A stretch of DNA of 64,000 nucleotides from Chloroherpetonaceae bacterium (GTDB taxonomy: Bacteria > Bacteroidota > Chlorobiia > Chlorobiales > Thermochlorobacteraceae), in contig JANRJQ010000014.1 of assembly GCA_033763895.1 (NCBI GenBank), positions 68,926-132,925 on the forward strand. The letters run 5' to 3'. Below, in pieces: positions 1 through 7,462 of this stretch. The notes under the pieces were generated by a model. That model ran no database searches. It saw nothing but the letters and a program-made list of their open reading frames with translations, and had not been told where the DNA came from. The translations under genes were made by a program, and so were the position numbers. The first letter of the stretch is position 1. Each line of letters opens with the position of its first letter.

Positions 1-935
1 TGAAGATAATTTTCAGGTTCTTCAATGCAGAGAAGCGGATAGCGATTGGGAGAGTATAGAAGAATTAGGTAGGCGAACATCTTTAGTGTTCCGTCAGAGA
101 CATAGCGAGAAATAAACGGGTCTTTGAATGCGCCGTCTTGAAACCTCAAAACGATTCTGCCGTCGGATGTTTTCTCAGCATCAACTTGAGAAATGCCCGG
201 AACGCGCTGTTTCATTTTCTCCAAAATTTTATTAAAGGTCTCACGGTGATTCTCATAGATGTAATCGGCAACTAAAGCGAGGTTATCGCCTGTTGGCGAG
301 AGTGTTTCACTTACACCGATGTCTTGGCTTTTTTTGGCGTCTGGTATTTGGAAGTTGGCGATATACCAATTGTCAAGCAACCTCCGAAAATCAGCTACCG
401 CTTTGAATTCTTGAAACTGACCCAGTCCTTTAATGGCTAATATATCTGGCGCGTCTAATTTGTAATCTTTTCTCTCTTCTTTGAAATCTTGTTTCTCTTT
501 TTCAAACTCTTCTTCATTGACAATTGCCTTCCCCTCACCGTTTGAAAAATCTAAGAATCGGTAAGGCCGTCCGGTTTTTCCTCGTCTATAACTTAAAATC
601 TCTTTCTTTACAACGATTTTCCCCGATTCTTGCCCCACACTGAGTTGATAGGTAATGATGGGCTGTTTTGTTTTGCCCTCATTTCTGAACTTGATTTCAA
701 ACTCAATGTCTTCTTTTTCTTTGCCACGAGTGACAACTTCTTTATACCCGCCACGATTGTTAATGGCTGAACGCACATTATTTTTCAAGCACGCACTCAA
801 AAATCCAAAAACATCGAAAAGCGTTGACTTGCCTGAACCATTTGCGCCCAAAAAGACGCACATGTTGGAAAGCTCTTTGATTTCAGCATCAGCAAAGACT
901 TTGAAATTTTTGATATGAAGTTTTTCTATTCTCAC
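1..935 (-). CDS. SMC/ABC-like AAA ATPase (AAA_21 / COG4637-like), C-terminus runs off the window
   Basis: My own reverse translation from a GTG at 935 gives [43 protein letters not shown]... with a Walker A motif (GANGSGKST). Further on it reads ...[33 protein letters not shown], a signature plus Walker B-like IEEPE. The frame is open to position 1. It is absent from the ORF track because it is open-ended and starts with GTG. Confidence 0.7.
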   Translation of the reverse strand, partial: [311 protein letters not shown]

Positions 936-967
936 CTTAAAGCGTTCCCGTTTTACCCTTGGTAGTC

Positions 968-1534
968 TTACTCCCAAACTTCTTCATACACCTCTTCCAG
1001 TTTCAATCCCGCACCAATGGCGTCGAAATGTAACTCATCATTTGGGTTGGTGTACCGAGAGTAATGCCACTCATTTTCTCCCACTTTGTGATACCACTCC
1101 ACTTCCTTTTTTTCTTGTGATACCAAAAGATAATCTTTCAGCGAAGGTAGGTTCTGGTAACTCTTGAACTTCTCCCCGCGATCATACTTTTCGGTTGAAG
1201 GTGAAAGCACCTCAGCAATCAATACTGCATCCGCGGCAACATCGTCTTCAATGAATGATGAATTTCCGCAGATAACGGAGATATCGGGGTAAAAATAGCG
1301 CTCTTGTTTTCCAACAGTGATTTTCATTTCGTTGGCGTAAGTTTTGCAAGGTTTCCCCTTTAATTCCTTTCTAAGAGCCGAGGCAAGATTTATTGTTATA
1401 AGAATGTGCCTTTTTGAAGCTCCCGCCATCAACCGCAGTTCTCCCGAAACATACTCGTGCTTCACATCAGAGGCTCTTTCCAATGCCAAGTAATCGCTTG
1501 GAGAAAGAAGCGTTTCAAGTTGTTTTTCTGCCAT
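968..1534 (-). CDS. Uma2-family (DUF820) PD-(D/E)XK-like endonuclease
   Basis: 188-aa ORF. Its N-terminus (LSPSDYLALERASDVKHEYVSGEL) and the ...YFYPDISVICG... segment are typical of Uma2 family proteins. It lies 32 nt upstream of the ATPase on the same strand. Confidence 0.75.
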   Translation of the reverse strand: MAEKQLETLLSPSDYLALERASDVKHEYVSGELRLMAGASKRHILITINLASALRKELKGKPCKTYANEMKITVGKQERYFYPDISVICGNSSFIEDDVAADAVLIAEVLSPSTEKYDRGEKFKSYQNLPSLKDYLLVSQEKKEVEWYHKVGENEWHYSRYTNPNDELHFDAIGAGLKLEEVYEEVWE

Positions 1535-1603
1535 TATTCAAAAACTGAATTGATTTGAATTTCGTGCTTCTTAAATGAGTTGATTATTTTTTTTTGAATT
1601 TCC

Positions 1604-2248
1604 TTAAAGTCCTTTTTCTTTGAGAAAAGACTCTAATTTTTCTATCGTTAAGTTTTCGATGTAGTCGTAATTATTGACTTGCATTGCCGGCGCCATTCCG
1701 CAAGCGCCAAGGCACTCGGCTTCTTCCAAAGAGAGCAATCCATCAGGTGTGACATCGCCGTTTCCAATGCCGTATTTCTTCTTCACATAATTATAGACTT
1801 CATATCCGCCGCAAAGCATACAAGAAATGTTGGTGCAAATGGCCAAATGCGTTTTCCCCACTGGCTTTTTCCAATACATCGTGTAAAAGCTTGCCACACC
1901 AAAGACATCCGCTCTCGGCATTGGAATAGAATCTGCAACAAGATTAATGGCTTCAATCGAGAGCCACCCAAATTTTTCCTGTGCCATCCAGAGTGCGCGC
2001 ATCACCGCAGATTCTTTGGAGGGGTATCGCTCAACAAGGGCTTGTACCTTTTTCTTTTCATCTTCAGTGAAAAAAATAGATTCCGGAGTTTCGGAGTGGC
2101 GTGCATGAAACTCTTGAATTCCGGTTGAGGGTTCAAGGCTATCGCCGTGACTGCCGTGCGCAAAGCGCTGTTGCTTTGCGGCATGCTCGCCATTATGATG
2201 ATCCTGATGATGATGCCCGTTCTCGTTAGAGCTGTGTGATGCTGACAT
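1604..2248 (-). CDS. nuoE: NuoE-like [2Fe-2S] thioredoxin-fold subunit (NADH-quinone oxidoreductase subunit E family) with a His-rich N-terminal extension
   Basis: Cys pattern C-x4-C...C-x3-C (CTNISC ... CLGACGMAPAMQVN). The N-terminus reads HHHQDHHNGEH. No other nuo genes lie adjacent. Confidence 0.8.
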   Translation of the reverse strand: MSASHSSNENGHHHQDHHNGEHAAKQQRFAHGSHGDSLEPSTGIQEFHARHSETPESIFFTEDEKKKVQALVERYPSKESAVMRALWMAQEKFGWLSIEAINLVADSIPMPRADVFGVASFYTMYWKKPVGKTHLAICTNISCMLCGGYEVYNYVKKKYGIGNGDVTPDGLLSLEEAECLGACGMAPAMQVNNYDYIENLTIEKLESFLKEKGL

Positions 2249-2301
2249 ACTGCTGTAAAAATTTTCGATGATTACGATCGTTAAATAAAAATTGAAATGG
2301 C

Positions 2302-2859
2302 TTACTCGCCCAAAAACCGATTTAAATTTTCTAAGATATCGCCCCGCTCCAATTCTTGAAATTTCTTCGCCGTGCTTTTGAGATAAGGGATACTTAATTG
2401 TTTTCTAAAACGACGAATTAAATATTTTACATCAGCGATATCACGCTCTCTTGCAGCAAAGAGTTTAAAGATAAGCATATCTTCAGGCGTGGCGATATTG
2501 AATTCGGCATTCCCAAATGTTACTCTTTTTCCTCGTGAAATACTTAATTTTTCAAAACCACCAACTCCGGCAGCCACATCCACTTTTATACCGTTCACAT
2601 CGTCAATAAGTGGTAAAACAAAATATCTTTCAAAAAATACTAATGGGTTTTCTTTTACAGCTCTAAACCCATTTGATGTAAAAATATTTACGACTTTATT
2701 AAACTCGCCTATTTCTGTGTCAACCGATAGATCTATATCCGTGGTTTGGCGGGCGCTTTCATAATACATAACGGCAACGCCACCTATTACGATATAATCA
2801 AGATTACTTCTTTTACAGAGAGAATCTATTCTTGCGAGAGTTGCATCAAATCCTTCCAT
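2302..2859 (-). CDS. Minimal nucleotidyltransferase-fold protein (Pol-beta superfamily; possible toxin or antitoxin component)
   Basis: 185 aa with motif VIGGVAVMYYESARQTTDIDLSVD (GG...DxD). It overlaps the upstream small ORF by 34 nt. Confidence 0.55.
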   Translation of the reverse strand: MEGFDATLARIDSLCKRSNLDYIVIGGVAVMYYESARQTTDIDLSVDTEIGEFNKVVNIFTSNGFRAVKENPLVFFERYFVLPLIDDVNGIKVDVAAGVGGFEKLSISRGKRVTFGNAEFNIATPEDMLIFKLFAARERDIADVKYLIRRFRKQLSIPYLKSTAKKFQELERGDILENLNRFLGE

Positions 2860-3122
2860 AGTTCTTTATCTTTTCCGCATTCATAGAGTGCTTTTTGTCG
2901 TCTAACCCTTTCCCAAGTTTTTTCTTCTAATACTTCATCTGCTTGTACCAATTTCAACCAATTCAAAATATTTTCATTAGCAAAAATTAGAAACGACTCT
3001 CTTTCCTTCGAAGTAGAAAAACCATTTTTTTCTTCGTTATCACCATCCAAAAGCTCATATTTGGCTTTCATCGCTCGTACTTCTTCAAGCGTCATCGTCC
3101 AAGTCACTTCATGATTTTCCAT
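2826..3122 (-). CDS. Small hypothetical protein, translationally coupled partner of the nucleotidyltransferase
   Basis: 98-aa ORF on the same strand with a 34-nt overlap with the next gene. No recognisable domain. Confidence 0.4.
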   Translation of the reverse strand: MENHEVTWTMTLEEVRAMKAKYELLDGDNEEKNGFSTSKERESFLIFANENILNWLKLVQADEVLEEKTWERVRRQKALYECGKDKELWKDLMQLSQE

Positions 3123-3140
3123 ACCAATTCCGCTTAATTT

Positions 3141-4853
3141 TTATCCCTTAAACTGGACCGATTTCCACTCTGCAAAAAGATGCTTCACCTTGCCACGCTG
3201 ATACTTCCCTGTTGATGTAACGGGAATCTCGTCACCAAAGACAATCACCTTCGGGCATTTCTGAAAAGGTAACCTTTTAGCACATTCAGAAATTATCTCT
3301 TCTTTACTCTTCACCACGCCAGATTTCAGCGAAACATACGCACCCACTTCCTCGCCATACCAATCATTCTCGAACCCCACGGCAATCGCCGCTCTTACGC
3401 CATCAATCCCATTCAATACTTCATCAATCTCAAAAGGAGAGAGATTCACTCCGCCTCGAATAATGAGCTCTTTCAGCCGACCTGTTATAAAAAAATACTT
3501 TTGACCGTTTTCCGCAACCTTAAAAAAGCCTTCATCACCGGAGTGAAACCATCCCTTTTCAAAAGCCTTGATATTGGCATCAGGATTTTTGAAATAGCCT
3601 TTCATCACATTGTGCCCTCGAATCACAATCTCACCACGCCAGCCTTCACGCACTTTTTCGCCGCGCTCATTTAAGATCGCCATTTCATTGATGGGCAACG
3701 GTACGCCAATTGAGGGAAAGCCGAAATCTTTGAGCCACCGATCGTGATCCGTTTTTTCTAATTCTGTTGGGAGAAAGCACGAGTAGCAGGTGGTTTCCGA
3801 AAGCCCGTATCCGTGAATCACTTTAAATCCATAATGCTTTTCAAACTTCGCGACTAGCTCGACTGTCAGCGGACCCGCCCCACAAATAAAATGACGGAAT
3901 CCAGATAAGTCATATTTCGTGAGGTTGATATCGGCTGCGTGCAAAAATTGAAGTAAGGTGGGCACCACGCTTACGATTTGCACTTTTTCATTCGCCAGCC
4001 TCTCAAAGAAATGCTCAGTCGAAAATTTTTGATTGAGCACCACACGGCCGCCGTAAATCATTGGGGTTACGAGTGTCACCACCGTTCCATTAACATGATG
4101 AATAGGCAGAACACACATCATCGCATCTCCCTTCACAAGCCCGTGATGCCGAGCAATGGCATTGGCATCAACGAGTAAATTATACTGCGTAAGAACAACG
4201 CCTTTTGGGTTTCCCGTTGTACCTGAAGTATAAACAATCATTGCTTCGGTTTCGAGATCGGCAAAGGTGGCATTTTCATCAAAATTGCTCATGCCTTTTT
4301 TTCGCGTGTCCACTACCCCGCCAAGCGCAAGTGAATCGGGAAAGGTTTCCTTTTCTTTATGAAAATCCTCTTCCGAAAGTATTTCAAGTGCCTCCGTTTT
4401 TAACGACTCCGCAAGTAGTTGATAATCATTCAAATAAAAGAGAAATGCTGTTTCGGAGTTTTCAAGAATGAATTGCAACCGCTCTTTCGATTCGCTTGCG
4501 TTAAGGGGCACAACGGTCATTCCCGCACACCACGCCGCAAAGTAAAACACCACCACATCGGGATGATTATAGCCCAAAATCGCCACGCGAGATTCCTCAA
4601 TCAAGCCCTTACTCTTTAAAAGATTTGCAGTTTGAAAAACCTGCTTTCGAAAATCGTTATAGGTGTAGGAGCGATGCACCCCGCCTGAACTGTAGTAGGT
4701 GAGATAGACTTCTTCCGACATTTCTGAGCTACGCTGAATAAGCAAATCCAAGATATTTTGTTCTGCCACCATATACTTTGTGGGCATAAAGGTTTCGCCC
4801 TCAATCATCACGGCGTGTGCCATATGCGTCGCAAAAATGAGATCTTTATTCAT
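3141..4853 (-). CDS. AMP-dependent acyl-CoA synthetase/ligase (ANL superfamily)
   Basis: 570 aa with the AMP-binding motif YTSGTTGNPKGV, plus GYGLSET and GWFHSGDEG motifs. Confidence 0.85.
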   Translation of the reverse strand: MNKDLIFATHMAHAVMIEGETFMPTKYMVAEQNILDLLIQRSSEMSEEVYLTYYSSGGVHRSYTYNDFRKQVFQTANLLKSKGLIEESRVAILGYNHPDVVVFYFAAWCAGMTVVPLNASESKERLQFILENSETAFLFYLNDYQLLAESLKTEALEILSEEDFHKEKETFPDSLALGGVVDTRKKGMSNFDENATFADLETEAMIVYTSGTTGNPKGVVLTQYNLLVDANAIARHHGLVKGDAMMCVLPIHHVNGTVVTLVTPMIYGGRVVLNQKFSTEHFFERLANEKVQIVSVVPTLLQFLHAADINLTKYDLSGFRHFICGAGPLTVELVAKFEKHYGFKVIHGYGLSETTCYSCFLPTELEKTDHDRWLKDFGFPSIGVPLPINEMAILNERGEKVREGWRGEIVIRGHNVMKGYFKNPDANIKAFEKGWFHSGDEGFFKVAENGQKYFFITGRLKELIIRGGVNLSPFEIDEVLNGIDGVRAAIAVGFENDWYGEEVGAYVSLKSGVVKSKEEIISECAKRLPFQKCPKVIVFGDEIPVTSTGKYQRGKVKHLFAEWKSVQFKG

Positions 4854-4883
4854 TTCAATTTCGGTGAGATTCGTTGCAGTAGT

Positions 4884-5459
4884 TTAGATTTTTTTCATTG
4901 CGGCTTTCATCACATCGCATTGAATGAGTGTACTTGAGCCATCCAATACTTTAGGAACTTCCTCGAGCAGTTCTGGGATTTCGGTTATGTTTTCCTCTAA
5001 GGCAAAGTGGATTCTTTGAAGTTGAACCCGAATTTTTTCTGGCATTGTTTCAGGCGGTTGATACGCTTCTTTATTGAGCCACTTGGCTACGGCTTCGGGA
5101 AGTTCGGGAATGAGCGGGGTATTATTGACAATAGCCCCAAGCAATTTCTCCATTCTTGAAAGACGCCCCATCTCGCGGTCCTCTTCTGTGAGGCGCCGAA
5201 GCGTATCAAAATGCGGTTTCATTTCTTCTGGAAGGTGATGTTCAGAGGCGCGAAGTGCCGCTAAAAACTTGGGAATGTCATGCTCTTCATATGGCTTGAG
5301 TGTAAATGTTCCATCCGTAAAGCGTATAAGTGATGAACCGGCGTTTAAGGAAATTTCACTTTCGATTTGCTTTCCTGTGGCTGATGCAATAAGTCCCGGA
5401 AAGGATTTTGCGAAGTGTGTTTTCGCGAGGGAAGTTTCCCATTTTTTTTCGGCGTACAT
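4884..5459 (-). CDS. Hypothetical protein
   Basis: 191-aa ORF on the same strand as its neighbours. No motif recognised. Confidence 0.45.
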   Translation of the reverse strand: MYAEKKWETSLAKTHFAKSFPGLIASATGKQIESEISLNAGSSLIRFTDGTFTLKPYEEHDIPKFLAALRASEHHLPEEMKPHFDTLRRLTEEDREMGRLSRMEKLLGAIVNNTPLIPELPEAVAKWLNKEAYQPPETMPEKIRVQLQRIHFALEENITEIPELLEEVPKVLDGSSTLIQCDVMKAAMKKI

Positions 5460-5549
5460 AGATTGGTTAGCTTTATTTCACCTCAATTTAACCGCTTGTC
5501 GCTTATTTTCGTTGAGCTATTCTTGTTCCATTCTCAAATTTTTAACCAA

Positions 5550-6173
5550 ATGCCGAACAAAAAAAATTTCCTCCGATTTTCAGTACTTGCCTCTGTAATA
5601 GCACTTTTGATTTTATTCAATGGTTGTGCCTCGGTGATGAAACAGGTTGAGGGAATCCTGACGCTCACGAAGTGTGAATTTCGCTTAGCGTCTTTAAGCG
5701 AGCCTAAACTTGCAGGGATTTCGGTGGAGCGTATTGCATCGCCTTCTGATCTATCCTTTTCTGATGCTGCGCGTCTGACACTTGCCCTTACGCAAGCCGA
5801 ATTGCCTCTCACCTTTCGTTTGAATGTGGAAGTGAAAAACCCGAATCAACGTGCGGCGTCTCTGACACGATTTCAATGGCGGCTATTTATTGATGACCTC
5901 GAAATGACGGCCGGAACTGTATCATCGCCAGTGTCTATTTCAGCAAATGCAACTGCAATTGTTCCAATGGAAATGACGGTTGATTTAAAGAAATCTCTTG
6001 CGGGGCGCTCGCTTGAAACCCTCAAAAACTTTGCGTTTAATTTGGCCGGAGTTGGTGGAAAGCCCACGCGTGTGATGTTGCGGGTGAAACCCAGCTTACA
6101 AGTGGGGTCAATGATGATTGACTATCCAAATGAGATTGATGTAAGAACGGAATTCACAGGTGGAAAAAAGTGA
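5550..6173 (+). CDS. LEA_2 (LEA14/NDR1-HIN1-like) lipoprotein
   Basis: Start moved to the ATG at 5550, giving MPNKKNFLRFSVLASVIALLILFNGC (lipobox Cys). The body has the NPN motif (VEVKNPNQRAASLTRFQWRLFIDD) typical of LEA_2. Confidence 0.65.
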   Translation: MPNKKNFLRFSVLASVIALLILFNGCASVMKQVEGILTLTKCEFRLASLSEPKLAGISVERIASPSDLSFSDAARLTLALTQAELPLTFRLNVEVKNPNQRAASLTRFQWRLFIDDLEMTAGTVSSPVSISANATAIVPMEMTVDLKKSLAGRSLETLKNFAFNLAGVGGKPTRVMLRVKPSLQVGSMMIDYPNEIDVRTEFTGGKK

Positions 6174-6217
6174 CATGTGAAAGGCTTTTCTCTAATATTT
6201 TCAATTAAATGAATTCA

Positions 6218-6478
6218 TTATTTATCGTAATGGAATCTACATTTTGCAATAAGAATTGAGTCTTTGGTTGGTTGGTAAATCAATCGATGCTCTTCATCGA
6301 TTCTTCTCGACCAAAATCCTTGATATTTATGCTTTAAGGGTTCAGGTTTTCCAATGCCTGTGTAGGGATTACGTGCGATATCTAAAATAATTTCGTTGAT
6401 TCTTTTAACCTTTTTTGGATCGGTCTTTTGCCAAAACAGATAGTCTTCCCAAGCTTCATCACTAAAAACATAATTCAT
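6218..6478 (-). CDS. yoeB: YoeB/Txe-family toxin
   Basis: 86 aa: FSDEAWEDYLFWQKTDPKKVKRINEIILDIARNPYTGIGKPEPLKH...WSRRIDEEHRLIY...HY. It overlaps the antitoxin gene by 4 nt. Confidence 0.9.
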   Translation of the reverse strand: MNYVFSDEAWEDYLFWQKTDPKKVKRINEIILDIARNPYTGIGKPEPLKHKYQGFWSRRIDEEHRLIYQPTKDSILIAKCRFHYDK

Positions 6479-6732
6479 TCAACTTCAATCAATTTTCTTC
6501 GCTTCCCTTTTCCTGCCTTTAACTTTTTAATTGCTCTGTCTAATCTTTTCTCATTTGTTTTGGACGAAAGTTCATACTGGGTTGCATTCAGTGCGTTGTA
6601 TTCCTCAAGAGAGATAACAACAACCCCCACATCCTTTCCTCGATTGATAACCAATGTCTCGTAGTCATCGGTTACCTTATCAAGGTACTTTTTAACATCC
6701 TTTCGAAAATCAGAAACCGTGGTTGTAATCAT
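6475..6732 (-). CDS. yefM: YefM/Phd-family antitoxin
   Basis: 85 aa with TVSDFRKDVKKYLDKV...LVINRGKDVGVVVISLEEYNAL. It sits directly upstream of yoeB. Confidence 0.85.
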   Translation of the reverse strand: MITTTVSDFRKDVKKYLDKVTDDYETLVINRGKDVGVVVISLEEYNALNATQYELSSKTNEKRLDRAIKKLKAGKGKRRKLIEVE

Positions 6733-6737
6733 AAAAC

Positions 6738-6756
6738 TTGTACGTTTTTTTGTACA
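6738..6756 (-). promoter_or_regulatory. Candidate YefM-YoeB operator (two GTAC-core palindromes 12 bp apart)
   Basis: TTGTAC at 6738-6743 and TGTACA at 6751-6756, 6-24 nt upstream of the yefM ATG. The E. coli yefM-yoeB operator has TGTACA cores with 12-bp centre spacing (recalled from the literature). Confidence 0.4.
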
Positions 6757-6837
6757 TAAAATAGTTAGCAGCTTCTATACTTTCCAAATATCGATGTAGA
6801 GTACTTAAACCGTTGTTTAACTTTATTTTCGATAGTA

Positions 6838-6894
6838 ATCAATCACCCCGTATTCTTCATTCCTGCTGCGATTCCGTTCACGCTTGTGCGTAAA
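6838..6894 (-). repeat. Displaced duplicate of the ppc 3' end (last about 17 codons, the stop and 5 nt)
   Basis: About 57 bp match 7458-7514 with 5 mismatches. It translates to LLRTSVNGIAAGMKNTG*, against LLRASVNGIAAGMKNTG* in the intact gene. Confidence 0.85.
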
Positions 6895-6932
6895 AGCACG
6901 GGTACAACCCTACCCAATTCATCACTCGAATT

Positions 6933-7145
6933 TCAAACAGGATTTCCTAACCGAATTGATAAAGGGAGTTTTGGGTTCATTTGACTTACTTTGAGAATAG
7001 AAAACCCGATTATTTCCCCATTCATATTTACTTTTTCCATTATTGCATCATTCTCTGTTTCTCTAAAGAAACCTTTTTCCTTTTCAAAAAGTACTTCTAA
7101 GAAATCTGCCTCTTTGTCAAACCAAATTGTTATTTCTTTTTCCAT
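6933..7145 (-). CDS. DUF2283-family small protein (putative antitoxin)
   Basis: 70 aa: WFDKEADFLEVLFEKEKGFFRETEND...NGEIIGFSILKVSQ, the typical DUF2283 pattern. It overlaps the upstream ORF by 16 nt. Confidence 0.75.
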   Translation of the reverse strand: MEKEITIWFDKEADFLEVLFEKEKGFFRETENDAIMEKVNMNGEIIGFSILKVSQMNPKLPLSIRLGNPV

Positions 7146-7453
7146 AACTCTACCCCAGTCTTTATTTTATTGGTAAAATAAGTTGTTACAATAAAGTTAT
7201 CTTTATCACTTTTTTTTACAACAACACATAAATATTTACTCCCAACCTCAGTTTGTTTATACCACTTGTAGTACAACTCTATCTCACTGTCTGATTTTGA
7301 TAATGTTATCGAATCGGGATTCACTAATGTTTCTTCAATTAATGCGAAACTTTCTTGCAATTCGGGATGGTTTGTTTCAATGTGATTCCATCGTTCTTTT
7401 GAAAGTCTTATCGTGTGATTTCTCCTATCTACGAAAAAATGATTCTCATCCAT
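7130..7453 (-). CDS. Small putative toxin (DUF4258-like/RelE-barnase-like candidate) paired with DUF2283
   Basis: ATG at 7453 (MDENHFFVDRRNHTIRLSKERWNHIETNHPEL...VVTTYFTNKIK). The tracked ORF start at 7462 is a TTG abutting the ppc stop. The family assignment is tentative. Confidence 0.5.
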   Translation of the reverse strand: MDENHFFVDRRNHTIRLSKERWNHIETNHPELQESFALIEETLVNPDSITLSKSDSEIELYYKWYKQTEVGSKYLCVVVKKSDKDNFIVTTYFTNKIKTGVELWKKK

Positions 7454-7462
7454 AAATATCAA

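Noticed and set aside
655-918. 87-aa plus-strand ORF
   Set aside because: It is antisense to, and fully inside, the Walker-A region of the minus-strand ATPase, whose translation is far more protein-like.
1679-2128. 149-aa plus-strand ORF, plus small minus-strand alternate-frame ORFs
   Set aside because: They overlap the well-supported NuoE-like gene and have low-complexity, Arg/His-rich composition typical of antisense frames.
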